Part shown: positions 40,945-50,844 of the stretch, one piece after another | Layout of the letters: the number at the start of each line of letters is the position of its first letter | How positions within the stretch are numbered: position 1 is the stretch's first letter | Source: Setoptus koraiensis | Taxonomy: Eukaryota > Animalia > Arthropoda | Direction: 5' to 3' | NCBI GenBank assembly: GCA_048013815.1 | Contig: CM106586.1 | Span: 15,686,001 to 15,750,000, forward strand | Length of the DNA stretch: 64,000 bases | Position numbers and translations under genes: made by a program | The notes under the pieces: generated by a model | The model's database searches: none | Told to the model about the DNA's origin: nothing | Seen by the model: the letters and a program-made list of their open reading frames with translations, nothing else

Positions 40945-41308
40945 CGTGATTTGATTCATAGATCGATCCGTGAAGGCCTAATCAAAATGACACACATTCA
41001 CTATTTTCCAGCATACATCTATTCTGTGATGCCTCATTGTGGAGTCCGAAACGCAATCAGTCGTCATCAAGAATTTATATATATATATATATATATCTAC
41101 ATAACTGTATAACAGATCTACACATGTGTGTATCTTTTTTAACAGATTTTTCTAATACATCTTTAAGAACATTATCTTAATGTTGCTCTGATGAGATAGT
41201 CCAATATAAACCTAGACCTTTTTATCTTATATTCAGGTGCGATTCGCGTAATGAACTTGAAGGAGGCAATTGTACAGTCGAATGAATCAAGAAATAACAT
41301 TTGATTAA

Positions 41309-42250
41309 TCAATCTTTCTTGCCTGATTTACTTAACGAATCCAGTTTACCGTTACGAGAGTCGGCAGTCTTTCCAACTAGATGATGATGATGATGATGAT
41401 GATCCCCACCAATCGCGGCCCTACTACCTGGGGCCGATGAGGTGAGCATTTGTTCTAGAGCATCCCAGATTCCTCCGAAGAACACTGCACAAAAAAGATT
41501 CTCAAAAGGGCCGAAAGGATTCTGAATTCCCAATAAGATTGAGGACAACTTGAAGTATATTAATACAAACACCACAACTGAATATACGAGTGCATGTGGC
41601 GCTGATAAAAGGTCCGTTTTCTTGTCAACTAAAAATAATATCGAGGCTGCAATAGATGCCTTGGTAGCGAAGGTCGGTTGCATAAATTCTATGGCATTCG
41701 GTGTCCATAATCCGCGAAACATTCGTTCAAGCACTTTGAGAAAACCAGAACCGTTACCTTTGACTGCGCCAATCAAGACTATTATGAAATAGCTGCTTGG
41801 ATAAATGCGCGCCGCATGTAGAACTCCATGGTGAATCTTATGACATCTATTGATCTCTTTCATGCTTGACAATATTAATTTGATTGGCAAAAAGTTGCAT
41901 AATTTATAAACCAGATCGAAGGGCGAATAGAATATAAGGTACCAAACTGCTGATGCGATTAATACTTGTTGTGTGTTCTTGAAAGCTCCTACAATTGGTT
42001 CATTAAGTAGAAAATTCGCTAGTATAGTGCCAGAAAATGTAGAAAGCATACAGGAAAGCCAACACGATAATGGATGTTTTCTAGAGAAGAGAATGGCCGG
42101 CTTATTCTGATGACTAGCTGGTCCAAAATCTGCTTTGATGTACATGCAACAAATGATTACATGACAAATATCGAAATATGGAAACATCTCCAATTTGTAT
42201 AGGCGATTTGCGTAATCTATGACCTCCATTCTGCTGTCTGTGACCTCCAT
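41309..42250 (-). CDS. TMEM38B: Trimeric intracellular cation channel (TRIC/TMEM38), intronless
   Basis: The first ATG is at 42250. Motifs: MFPYFD..H..., FSRKHPLSCWLSCML..FSG..LANFLLNEP, WYLIFYSPFD, KEINRCHKIHHGV, VKGNGSG, LGIQNPFGPFENLFC. Confidence 0.93.
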   Translation of the reverse strand: MEVTDSRMEVIDYANRLYKLEMFPYFDICHVIICCMYIKADFGPASHQNKPAILFSRKHPLSCWLSCMLSTFSGTILANFLLNEPIVGAFKNTQQVLIASAVWYLIFYSPFDLVYKLCNFLPIKLILSSMKEINRCHKIHHGVLHAARIYPSSYFIIVLIGAVKGNGSGFLKVLERMFRGLWTPNAIEFMQPTFATKASIAASILFLVDKKTDLLSAPHALVYSVVVFVLIYFKLSSILLGIQNPFGPFENLFCAVFFGGIWDALEQMLTSSAPGSRAAIGGDHHHHHHHLVGKTADSRNGKLDSLSKSGKKD

Positions 42251-43234
42251 TCCTAACCAATTTTTCAATTGTTGTATAAGTGACGGTGTCTGACTCGGAA
42301 ATCGAATGTAGCTATTATTCGAGAACTGTCTTGATAATAATAGCACAGATTTTGATTAAGTCCATACACGCCCGGTTGGAGTTGGTTCTTGTGTATTCGA
42401 CATATACACGCCAAATTGAATCGATTAACACAACAACAATGATTATATAACATTCATCGTGATCAAGCTTAAATTAGCATCTATACAAAGTAACAATAGT
42501 GCTTCTTTGTCCATGTAAGACAAACACACAAATTTAGCCTTTCGCACGCAAAAAGCACAAACATTTATAGGGGGCATATAGAGCTCGCGATCTAGAAATT
42601 CCTCTATATCCCTTTAACAAGCAATCTTGCGGCTTGTCTTATATGTCTATCTTCTTCAACAGCCCCACAGCCTTTCAAAGTTGGCGCTTAACATTTAGTC
42701 TAAGGTAAATGGGAAGAGCACAAAGTCTAAGTGACAATGGATAAACTGATTTATAGAACCTCTGACGTTAAATGAACCATGTTGAAGTAGCTTAAAAAGA
42801 GTAACTTACTCGAGCAGTATACTCAGTATAGCATAATCACGCGGTTGAGCAACAAACATCTCCTTGTTAATAAGCATGCATAGAATATGATGAAGGCCCT
42901 AGTGCTGGGCCACGCTTCCAGAGTTTGACCTACAATACTGAATACATTTAATACGGGTTACATGTAGATCCTCGTTGCGTCATTCTCAGGACTCAATCAT
43001 CCGATTTGATCTTAGCCCTACAAGATTGATTGAGAACTTCTTAAGGGGAGTTGGCAATCAGAATTGGCAGCAATTTTTCTTCGATTCTTTCACTTAACAC
43101 CTCATTATGCATCTAACAGACTGCGATTCATCTCAAAACTCGAGTTATAACGAAATCAAGCAGAGATAAACAGAAATCCTGTTTACAGATTCGCATTATG
43201 AACTGCTATGTTTTTTGATCAATTTTCTGTCGTT

Positions 43235-43543
43235 GAATATTGACAAATAAAGTACCGACTTTATATTGAATCTTGTTTCATTGAAGTGACACCATGGATA
43301 TCGATGATATCAAATAGGAATGAGTTGAGTGTCAATTCATCGATTTGAGTAGAAAAATTTTCGAATGCAGCAAGTCAATCTTGGTCTGAAATTCAGGGTG
43401 TCAATTGAAACAAAATTCAATCTAAAATCTCAAATAGATGAATTGACACTCAACTCAATCCTAATAGATATCATCGATATCCAAGGAGTCACTTCAATGA
43501 AATAAGATTCAATATAAAGTGGGTACTTTATTTGTCAATATTC
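43235..43543. mobile_element. 309-bp foldback / MITE-like inverted repeat
   Basis: Arms 43235-43341 and 43437-43543 are reverse complements at 100 of 107 positions, and pairing continues imperfectly into the spacer. No target-site duplication is obvious, so mobile origin is uncertain. Confidence 0.55.
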
Positions 43544-43772
43544 TATGTACACTCTGGTTCGTTGTAATTCGAAAACCCGCGCCACGCATTATTGGTGCCT
43601 GGCTAACAGGTGGCGCTCTTACAGATTTTCGGTTCAGAGTGACCGACATGAGCCGCACGCGGGCCCATATGCAAAGTAATTGTTCAACGAAACAATACAT
43701 TCATTCAGTTATTTTGTATTATATATCAAATAGTATTTATTAGTTATTAGTGTCAATTGTCACCGGTTCTAA

Positions 43773-45167
43773 ATGCATCCTCACGCTCATCAGCTACATC
43801 TGATGACACAGCAACATGCCGGGCTACCGCCAGCGCCTCCGCCAACATTTGTTGAACAATATTCTCATTTATCAACAGTATTATCCGATCATGGAGGCAG
43901 GCAAGCCGCCACTGTTCCCATACCTGTGTCTGCTCTTAAATTTGACGAATCCGAAGAGCTCCTTTGGATGGGTAACACATTTGGCCATGTTACATCTTAT
44001 TATAGTGATCAGTTAACAAAATACACCTCATTCGCCGTAACCCAAAGTGAACCTATTTTGCAATTAATCACTGGCGATTTTGGTCTATTGTGTCTCGCCA
44101 AAGACGAGCTTAAATTGAAACACAGGAGGGGACCGCCAATATTCTCATACAGCTCAACAACATTGCGTGATATGTTATGCATGTCAAGGCAACCTTCTCA
44201 GATGATATTGTTAGGTGGACAATCGCAAACATTGATTGAATTTGATTTGGAACGTATGCGTCAAGTCAGAAGTACAGATCTTGATTCTAAGGAGAACGGT
44301 TGCTGTATTATTCATCAACATCCAAAATTTGTCTGTTGTGCCGATCTAAGTGGTCGTATAACATTGCGTAGTACTAATAATTTGAACATCAATCACTCAT
44401 TTGCGACCCATTCCGGGCAGATCTCAGATTTTGATGTTCATGGCAATTATCTCGTCACTTGTGGCTATGCTGCCGGCAGACCAACACCCGATAGACTCTT
44501 AATGGTATACGACCTGCGGACTTGCCGGCTTGTCACGCCTATTAGATCACCATTTCCTCCAGTTCTATTGAGATTTGTGCCAGCTTTTACATCGAAATTT
44601 TGCCTTGTATCACCCATGGGCGAATTTCAGCTGCTCGATTGTGCAGCAAGTGCCGTCGACAACTGTACAGTCTACACACATCAAGTTCAGATGGCACCCG
44701 AGGCAACCATTACCTGCATGGATGTCTCTTCTAGCGGTCAAACCATTGCATTCGGTGACAATCTTGGCCTCATCAATCTCTACGGCACCACCACCAATGC
44801 TAGTTTCAATCAATATAGCCGGCCAACAGAATTCCCTGATCCACAGGACCCTGTTCCACCCATAGATGCCAATGATTACATAACTCCTCTGTCTATTGTG
44901 CCGCAGACTTACTTTGATCCATATGATAAATTGATCTCAGAAACTATGCGCGATTATGATACCGGTAAACATTATAGAGTACCTAAAATAGATCCGAAAA
45001 TACTGGAATCCATGCACAATCGAGGCGATGTCGGTTACGCTGCAAATCCTTTCAAAAACCAAGGACGCATCTCTTATATACGAGGAAGAATCGGCGTTGT
45101 GGGTTTGACAAAAATCTCGGATGATGACTTCGAAACTGTTACCGAGCCAGTCGAAGACCACGATTGA
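43773..45167 (+). CDS. PAN2: PAN2 deadenylase subunit, N-terminal WD40 plus PAN3-interacting linker only (no UCH-like or DEDD nuclease domain)
   Basis: 464-aa intronless ORF with PAN2-like motifs: FDESEELLWMGN..GHVTSYY, HSGQISDFDVHGNYLVTCG, L.VYDLR, LLRFVPAFTSKFCLVS..GEFQ, DVSSSGQTIAFGD..G.I.L, F..YSRPTEFPD, PKIDPKILESM...GDVGYAANP. It stops at ~aa 464. Confidence 0.85.
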   Translation: MHPHAHQLHLMTQQHAGLPPAPPPTFVEQYSHLSTVLSDHGGRQAATVPIPVSALKFDESEELLWMGNTFGHVTSYYSDQLTKYTSFAVTQSEPILQLITGDFGLLCLAKDELKLKHRRGPPIFSYSSTTLRDMLCMSRQPSQMILLGGQSQTLIEFDLERMRQVRSTDLDSKENGCCIIHQHPKFVCCADLSGRITLRSTNNLNINHSFATHSGQISDFDVHGNYLVTCGYAAGRPTPDRLLMVYDLRTCRLVTPIRSPFPPVLLRFVPAFTSKFCLVSPMGEFQLLDCAASAVDNCTVYTHQVQMAPEATITCMDVSSSGQTIAFGDNLGLINLYGTTTNASFNQYSRPTEFPDPQDPVPPIDANDYITPLSIVPQTYFDPYDKLISETMRDYDTGKHYRVPKIDPKILESMHNRGDVGYAANPFKNQGRISYIRGRIGVVGLTKISDDDFETVTEPVEDHD

Positions 45168-45210
45168 AAACCGATACTTAAATGCGCAGCAAATAGAACT
45201 CCGTATAAAA

Positions 45211-45564
45211 CTATTATTAGTAAGACAGTTCTCGAATAATAGTTACATTCGATTTCCGAGTCAGACATCGTCACTTATACAACAATTGAAAAATTGGTTA
45301 GGAATGGAGGTCACAGACAGCAGAATGGAGGTCATAGATTACGCAAATCGCCTATACAAATTGGAGATGTTTCCATATTTCGATATTTGTCATGTAATCA
45401 TTTGTTGCATGTATATCAAAGCAGATTTTGGACCAGCTAGTCATCAGAATAAGCCGGCCATTCTCTTCTCTAGAAAACATCCATTATCGTGTTGGCTTTC
45501 CTGTATGCTTTCTACATTTTCTGGCAACCATGCTAGCGGATTTCATTCGTTCATTGAGAAATGA
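45211..45564 (+). pseudogene. Inverted 5'-partial duplicate of TRIC/TMEM38
   Basis: 45211-45526 is the reverse complement of 42343-42028 with 5 mismatches in 316 bp. The copied ATG is at 45304. Homology then breaks with a 1-nt insertion and the frame stops at 45564 (NHASGFHSFIEK*). Confidence 0.92.
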
Positions 45565-45714
45565 TTTCTCTTCTCAATGAACAAATTGAATCCTCAAGTA
45601 GAAAATCCAGACACTGTATTAGCGGGGCGACAGCGATTAAAGGAATGGCTTGCTCATTCTAACGACTAGCTAGTCCAAAATGCTTCGGTATACATGCAGC
45701 AAATGTTTGCATGA
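45390..45714 (+). ncRNA. Candidate long hairpin RNA (hpRNA / endo-siRNA precursor) derived from TRIC
   Basis: The outer stem pairs 45390-45464 with 45642-45714: 61 Watson-Crick pairs, 5 G:U, 7 mismatches and a 2-nt bulge. The inner stem pairs 45538-45560 with 45571-45593 at 21 of 23 positions around a 10-nt loop. Expression cannot be shown from sequence. Confidence 0.45.
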
Positions 45715-46192
45715 GTATGCTCCCCGACTGAGCAATGGATAATTCTATCGCTCCGTCTCGGATTTCTCAGATCACTCTGGGGCTTTACTCTGTATATACT
45801 GGTCATATTCCAAAGTATCAACTATTAAATGACAGGCTTAATCGAGGTTTTTAGCCAAATTCTCTTCATGAACGTCGTCCATCATCAAAGTCACCGATCG
45901 AATGTTTTCCTACACTTCATAGAGTAGTCTCTCTCATTTTGAGTCCATCTCGAGGCATCTGTCGAAAGTAGTTAAGTCAATAAGTCAAAGGAGCACAAGT
46001 CACTCTCGCTTAGATTTAAAGTCGGTGCATTGAATGAAGAGGAATTTATCTTGAAAATAAGAAAGCAACATTTGAAGGAGTTTTACTGTAGACCAATCTT
46101 TGGAATGCTATATGGCATCTATGAATGGCATCATTATGTGTCTTGTCATGATGGCTTGATAGATATTAATACTTGGCATGAGGTAAAAAAAT

Positions 46193-47566
46193 TCAGAGCT
46201 TTCCAACTAAACCGCTGACCAGAGTAATTGCTCTCTTTCTGTTCTCGGGAAGCTGCATCCTCTCACTGATGGCCTTCATTTTGACCGGAATATCTTTATC
46301 TGACAGTAGTTTTTCAATGGCTTCCAATAGTTGTTCCTTTGTACAGTTATATGGATCCAATCTTATTCCGAGACCTTTCTCTTGAATGCGCTGAGCATTA
46401 TCGAATTGGTCAGCAAATAATGGACAAATAATGAAACCTGGCACACCTAGGAAAAAACACTCTGTAATAGTATTGTTTCCACCGTGTGTAATGACTAGAT
46501 CTACAGACTTTAATACTTGGAGTTGTTTCACAAACTTTTGGCCCCACATATTTGGCGGTAGTTCATACTTGTCATGTAGGGGCCCTTTAGTCACTATGAA
46601 TCTGTGAGGGCAATCGGCCAGCATGGATGTCAGTCGTTGCATCAGGCTCACCTCGGCACTTGCCAATGATCCTAATGATAGGAATATCAGCTTACCTGGC
46701 TTATCTTTTAGGCAATCTGGTAACTCAAATTTAGCCTCGTTGACAGAGTCGCGAACCATTGAATCGCAGCGTTCCCAATCCTTCAGTGGATACTCTATGT
46801 GATAATCCAATTCTTCTGGATACATGTAAAGATTCAACCAAGGCGATAAAGGTATAAAGCTCATAGGATTCGTCGGTAAATCCTTATCCTGGCCATTGGA
46901 TCTCCAATAGGCATTGTATTCGTCGTAGATGAATTTTTTCGCTTTATGGGCCCTCTCAACCATTGACTGTTGGTTCTCATCATCTTTGTTCCAGTTGGTG
47001 GGTAGGCCCAAACAAGCAGGAGGTAAATTTGGATTGTCATGTAATGACAAAGGCGTTGCTGAAAATATCCGTACCCAAGGTGTCGAATGCTTGAACAATG
47101 CTGGAATGGCGAAATAATGGTCAATCACAATCAGATCCGGTTTCAATAAGTCTACCTTCTTCTCTATGATACTATTGTATTTGTAAATGTCTTTGACCAT
47201 CTCGTAAAAACCCAACTTGATCTCTTGCTCGTAATTAGCAATAACATCGCCTGATTTCCAAATTTCTCTACAATTCATTATGACTGTATTCCATTTATCT
47301 TGGGCTGTATCGATTGATTTTGATTCTTCTAAGCCATCCGTAGTACAATCATAGACTTCGTGACCATTTTCTTTCAGGTTGTTCTCAATGGGATCTAAAA
47401 ACAAGAATACAGTGCGATGTCCAAGAGTTTTCATATGGTTGGCCATACTCAAGAGGGAGTTTATATGGCCCAAGGAGTCAAGTGGCGTAAAAAGAATAGT
47501 TTTCTTCTTTTCACGTTTATTCTTCTTGAATATGTTTTGTAGTTTTTCTTTCAAATTTGAGAACAT
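46193..47566 (-). CDS. UDP-glycosyltransferase (GT1), bacterial MGT-like / mite-type, intronless
   Basis: It has the catalytic His motif TILFTPLDSLGHIN, DLIVIDHYF, LIFLSLGSL, and the UGT signature WGQKFVKQLQVLKSVDLVITHGGNNTITECFFLGVP..PLFADQFDNA. It lacks the signal peptide and C-terminal TM helix of canonical animal UGTs. Confidence 0.93.
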   Translation of the reverse strand: MFSNLKEKLQNIFKKNKREKKKTILFTPLDSLGHINSLLSMANHMKTLGHRTVFLFLDPIENNLKENGHEVYDCTTDGLEESKSIDTAQDKWNTVIMNCREIWKSGDVIANYEQEIKLGFYEMVKDIYKYNSIIEKKVDLLKPDLIVIDHYFAIPALFKHSTPWVRIFSATPLSLHDNPNLPPACLGLPTNWNKDDENQQSMVERAHKAKKFIYDEYNAYWRSNGQDKDLPTNPMSFIPLSPWLNLYMYPEELDYHIEYPLKDWERCDSMVRDSVNEAKFELPDCLKDKPGKLIFLSLGSLASAEVSLMQRLTSMLADCPHRFIVTKGPLHDKYELPPNMWGQKFVKQLQVLKSVDLVITHGGNNTITECFFLGVPGFIICPLFADQFDNAQRIQEKGLGIRLDPYNCTKEQLLEAIEKLLSDKDIPVKMKAISERMQLPENRKRAITLVSGLVGKL

Positions 47567-49231
47567 TTTCTATTCTTTGTTTGTTGATCCAGTTTTATTC
47601 TAGATCTGGACGAAATTTTATTTAGGCACCCTACTATTTGAATGGCTGGAATATTTATATGATTGGAATACAACTGAATCCACACAAGGAATGATCGGTA
47701 AAAAGCAACTGACAGCAAATACCATTGTGACACACGAATCGAGTTTCAAGTTATTGAGTTTCTTATCGATAATTGATTGCGATCTTCTTAACTTGCACCA
47801 CTAGTCGGTGCGTGAGCAACTATGCGAGTAATTCTATAGTGATCAACTCAAGATTGCAGTTGATCGTGAATGAGTAATACTAGAATAAATAATCGCGTAC
47901 ACCATTGTTGCCTTCTTATTATATTCTTGGGATGGTTTGGATGTCACACTGCTGTCACTGAAATCGTTATCGCTGTCACGTCTTATCATTGTGTCTCACC
48001 GGCCAACTATATAGCATATGCAAGTTCACTCAATATGCCAGAGTTATCACACAATAGATGTTTTTATGTTGCGCGAAGTATCCCAACTTGCCTCGGAAGC
48101 GTTAGCTAAATAGAGGCTTCATGCTAGCTTGCCATACGAGGCGATGTTGCACATTATGAGCATTTAAATGACTATATCCTGTGAGCTCACTAGATAGTTG
48201 TGTGGTCGCAACCCATTATATGTATAAAGCTGATCACAATCTGACGACACTCAAAGTGATGTGTATGCGATAGACTGTGTCCAATATTCTAGATGGTTTG
48301 CATCGAACAAATATTCGAACAGAAAGATTTATAGGATGGCACATTGAAAAGAGAGTTCGGGGCTGAATTTCAGAACTTGACAGGGTGACGATTACGCATG
48401 CTTTTCTCACAACTAGCCTCAGCGAGTTGGTGATAAGCTTCTGAATAACTAAAATAGTATTATAGGAACGTTAGAGAATGTTCCAAAACTACTGTAGATA
48501 GTCAAATGACTATATAATATTAAATATGCATGTAGTTTTATGATCGTTGGATCGATATAATAAGCCCATATGTCTCTGGCTACAAGGCATACTGCAAGAG
48601 TAGACCCAAGTATCCATCATGTCATGGGTTAGCATCGACCATATGGGATTGCTAATTTATTCTGAGCTAGCATAGATTCTCTCAACTTAATCGTTCGGCC
48701 TGTGCTACCGAGAACACTGAATAGCTTGGCAAAAGAAATGGCATGTTAGAAAGTCCCACTTGATGATTGGGAACTCTGTCCAAAGGTGAGTTTGAAGCCT
48801 CGGACACCTACCCGAGCTAAAAACAGAAAAATCAAAGCGACGTGATTTTTTTTTTCGTGCTCGGAAAGATGAAGAGGTTTCAACCAATGAGGACTTTCTC
48901 TCTTTTTAGGAACGGGGTGCTCTCTGAATCACTGAAACTTTTGTTGATTTCAAATTTCCCTCTCGAAACTATCATAATTCGAGGTCTGCGCTTTCGAATA
49001 TCTATTGCCATGGATCTCACAGTTATCAGGAGTCCTGATACAAACATGTGTCAACGATAGTCATTCCTTTTACATGAATTAAATCATAACCACCATAGAT
49101 GATCCTTATCATGACACATATGTCATCGATAACCAAATTATTAACATATTAATACCGACCAAACATTGAAGCCATTATACAATAATTTATAGACACTCGC
49201 CCATTTGTAGGCTCAATACATACTGGCCAGC

Positions 49232-50122
49232 ATGATGGAACAAAGAATATGTCAATATTCTGGTTACAGCTTACAATTTTACTCATGTTTCCCTCTTATT
49301 TTGTTAGCTAACACGTATTTCAAGTCAAACTTTTATACCTATATCTGTGCCATAGGAACTGCACCCTCTGTAATGTATTTGCTTGCCCAACTGGCGGATG
49401 CTGGCCATCTAAAGCTAGAGAAACATTCTGAAACTGATCATATTCACTCTAGTCAACAGACCCTGGGCGTGATATGGAGATCTCTTTTACTTGGTTTACT
49501 TCTCACGATAGGACTGGCCATCGTTATCCAGGGTTCCTCAGAGTTCCTGAGCCTAGGATTGTATTTGTGCACACTATCATTCTTTCATTTCAGCGAATAC
49601 TTCATCACATCGCTAAGCAATCCGGCCAATCTGTCCACAGATATTTTCCTTATCAATCAATCAAATGCTTACACTCTAGCTACCCTGGCCAGTTTTGCTG
49701 AATTCTTTCTAGAATTCTACTTTCTGCCACATAACTGGTTTGGACAATTCAAGAAATTAACATTGTTTGGACTACTAGTCTGTTTAATTGGTGAATTAAT
49801 GAGAAAATCAGCAATCCTGACAGCCGGCCAAGGTTTTACCCATATCATATCTACAACTCGTCACCCGGAGCATGTACTGATAACTCATGGTGTTTATAGC
49901 TTGATGAGACACCCGTCTTACGCTGGATGGTTTTATTGGGCATTAGGCACACAGTTAATTTTACTAAATCCTGTCTGTTTTGTTCTATTTATGGTTGTTG
50001 CATGGAATTTCTTTCAGGAACGCATACCATACGAGGAGGACATTCTGATAAAATTTTTTGGCCAGTGTTATCACAAATATAGAAATAAAGTTCCTGTTGG
50101 TATTCCATTCATTAAGACTTAA
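49232..50122 (+). CDS. ICMT: Protein-S-isoprenylcysteine O-methyltransferase
   Basis: 296-aa multi-TM ORF with LSFFHFSEY, FLINQS.AY, GELMRKSAILTAG..FTH, HVLITHGVYSLMRHPSYAGWFYWALGTQLILLNP and ERIPYEE..LIKFFG..Y..Y...VP.GIPFI. Confidence 0.95.
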   Translation: MMEQRICQYSGYSLQFYSCFPLILLANTYFKSNFYTYICAIGTAPSVMYLLAQLADAGHLKLEKHSETDHIHSSQQTLGVIWRSLLLGLLLTIGLAIVIQGSSEFLSLGLYLCTLSFFHFSEYFITSLSNPANLSTDIFLINQSNAYTLATLASFAEFFLEFYFLPHNWFGQFKKLTLFGLLVCLIGELMRKSAILTAGQGFTHIISTTRHPEHVLITHGVYSLMRHPSYAGWFYWALGTQLILLNPVCFVLFMVVAWNFFQERIPYEEDILIKFFGQCYHKYRNKVPVGIPFIKT

Positions 50123-50603
50123 ATAACGCTGTTGTAATAGAATCGCTCTCTTGTATAAGAATCTTATTTTTATCCATGTCCACTCGAATGACAGGACTTT
50201 TTCTAGGTGTCTTGCTGTTGGGTGGTTCCAGACATGAGGCCAATTGAGTAACTTGATGAATCACTCCAGACATTGATTGCACAGCGCGACCTTCAGCTAA
50301 AATACAACAGATTGATGAGGATAAAGGTCAGATCTCTGTGCTGCTTAGCTTATAACCGTTATATAGAGGGTAGTGATTAATTTGTTCTCGAAAAGTTCTG
50401 CCAATCTTACCTACTAGACACAATCCCTCTTGATCGATGCATATATAACCAACAACATCAGGCTGATTCATTCTGCGTGTATGAGTAGAGGATTTTTTTA
50501 GATAGGTCGTTTGAGTGTCCGATTTCACATAAGATAAAAACGGAGGGAGCTAGGAAAGCTCTACTTACGCAAAGTCGGCCACTTTTTTTGTTTCACTCTC
50601 CAT
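50112..50603 (-). CDS. LAMTOR5: Ragulator complex protein LAMTOR5 (HBXIP)
   Basis: Exons 50603-50569, 50472-50411 and 50296-50112 join through gtaagt/gtaaga GT-AG introns of 96 and 114 nt. The product is MESETKKVADFAMNQPDVVGYICIDQEGLCLVAEGRAVQSMSGVIHQVTQLASCLEPPNSKTPRKSPVIRVDMDKNKILIQESDSITTALFKS*, which parallels human LAMTOR5 (MKNPSIVGVLCTDSQGLNL...[26 protein letters not shown]). Confidence 0.88.
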
Positions 50604-50774
50604 TATGGCTTTTAATCTTGGTTCTAGGTGCGGGAGTTAGTCAATCTTGGTTGAATCACAAAACCACCAACTAATGCGACCATTTGTTCCTGGGAACTGT
50701 CAGATCATGGGGCGGGAATTTCAAAAACTTTTTTTTTCTTTTTTATAGAGAATCAGCCAGAGACAGTAGTGTTG

Positions 50775-50844
50775 CGAAGCGATCGCTCGCTCCGAGCGAG
50801 ATTTTTCTCTCGGAGCGAAAACTATTCGCTCCGAGATCGCTTCG
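50775..50844. repeat. Nested inverted-repeat element in the LAMTOR5/USP3 divergent intergenic region
   Basis: Outer CGAAGCGATC/GATCGCTTCG encloses three alternating copies of CGCTCCGAG / CTCGGAGCG / CGCTCCGAG. Confidence 0.8.

Noticed and set aside
46030-46218. Plus-strand ORF as a possible downstream PAN2 exon
   Set aside because: No resemblance to PAN2 UCH or DEDD motifs, no convincing donor before the PAN2 stop, and it overlaps the UGT 3' end.
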